Source of the DNA: Vicugna vicugna
Taxonomy: Eukaryota
Assembly: GCA_013265495.1 (NCBI GenBank)
Contig: MU058257.1
Span: 751,418-815,417, forward strand
Direction of reading: 5' to 3'
Length of the DNA: 64,000 nt
The notes under the pieces were generated by a model. It had not been told where the DNA came from and made no database searches. It saw only the letters and a list, made by a program, of their open reading frames with translations. The position numbers and the translations under genes were made by a program. Positions 62,675 to 64,000 of this stretch are shown piece by piece. Each line of letters opens with the position of its first letter. Positions within the stretch are counted from its first letter, which is position 1.

Positions 62675-64000
62675 CTCTTGTCAAAGTTTATTTTAGGTGC
62701 AACACTTCTTCTGAGCTCCAGCGGTGAGACCTACTCTTTTGACCTGTCCAATGATCCCAAACAGCAAAAAGGAGGTTGGCATTGTCTACCTTTCTTAGCA
62801 CCGATCAGGGTTGTAATTTCATTGATCTGGGTGCTCTTTCTCCACACGCCTGCGTGCAGCAGGAAGGTGGGGACCTGCCTAGCTTTCACAGCCCCAGGCT
62901 AAGTAGGGCTCAATGTGTAGTCAGTTGACGTGAGTTGAAAGAATGAACAATGAGAGTGAGTTAAAGCCAGCTCTGCAATGTGTGCGTTGTGGACATTTAG
63001 GTGAGCATCCTACTTCTCGGAGCCTCAGATTCTTTATTTATCAAATGGTTGATTTGACCTAGACATTCTCCAAGGCCCTCAGCCTTCGGTTCCATAAACA
63101 GGTCAGTGTTCAATGCCTCTGGGCCCTGCCCCTACCCCTTCCCCTGGGAACCGCCTACTCGGCCCCCACCTGACCCGCTGCATCTCACTCTGCGGTACCA
63201 GCTTCCTGATAGAGCCATCCGGCCAGGGATGGGCCTGGAACCTTGCTGGGAGGCACCCATTCTCTTCTCCAGATTCTGCTTCTGGCTGAGCTGTGAACTG
63301 TGGATGTGGGAACTCCGAGGTGGCCCCCTCCTGCCCAGTGTGGACAGTCAGGCAGAGGAGCCAGATGCAGAGGCAGAAGAAGGAAGCCATCTACAGAGCA
63401 GGGCAGGCTTGCCAGGTGGAAAGTTCTGGCAACTTCCAGTTCCTTGCAGGCTTCCGGTCCGTGGATGCCCTGGGTGACTCATGTACTGATAGTAGATTTT
63501 CTTGTTTCCCCTTTTGAGGATGAAAAGTAGCTCTAATTCATTTTGCTACGTGTATTCAGAGGCCTAGCTAAATGTATACCTTCGTTCTTCTCAATAATTG
63601 CAGTTAGTTTAATTGGGTCCTCAGGTGAAGTCGGCTGGACGTGTCAAATCCTCATTCACAGACCAACGTGTGCTGTGAGCGGCGTTTATCAGGACCTGTG
63701 AGACACTGACTGTCTCTGGCACCATCTTCTGTGTTTCTGCGCAGCGGGGGCCCCGCAGAACCAGGGACATGAAGAGCCTTTGACTAGGGGAGCAAATAAT
63801 CCATCTCTCAGAATCAGGTGGCTCCTGCCTGCTGCTGGTGACCTTTGAGGTTGCTCCCGCACGCACAGCCTCCTGGAGCTCTCAGCCCTTCCTGCACACC
63901 TCTGCAGATGTCCTGGACCCTGGACAGGAGTCACCCTCCCGTAATATCAGCCCAAGCCCCTGTCCACCCGGGGTCTTCTCTGCACTGACCTGTCTTGCTG

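Overview
Mammalian genomic DNA, most likely camelid (inferred from the tRNA-derived SINE and L1 3' end types). The left part holds the 5' end of NRP1 (neuropilin-1) on the minus strand: a CpG-island promoter (~16.0-19.3 kb), coding exon 1 (16479-16557), exon 2 (12946-13120) and the start of intron 2. The rest is upstream intergenic DNA with SINEs, L1/L2/MIR fragments, two solo LTRs and one class I (gamma-like) endogenous provirus (41014-47786, minus strand, tRNA-Thr PBS). The standout feature is inside this provirus. Its LTRs have diverged, env is broken, and NC, protease and RT are deleted, yet it keeps one uninterrupted 859-codon ORF. This ORF encodes a chimeric Gag-integrase: matrix with a myristoylation signal, three tandem 36-aa repeats, capsid N-terminal domain, RNase H tail, and an integrase with intact HHCC but D->G and D->N at two catalytic positions. 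The gag-pol deletion junction is out of frame and appears rescued by a 1-nt insertion about 55 nt downstream. The pattern suggests a co-opted retroviral gene, but this needs orthologue, dN/dS and expression tests.
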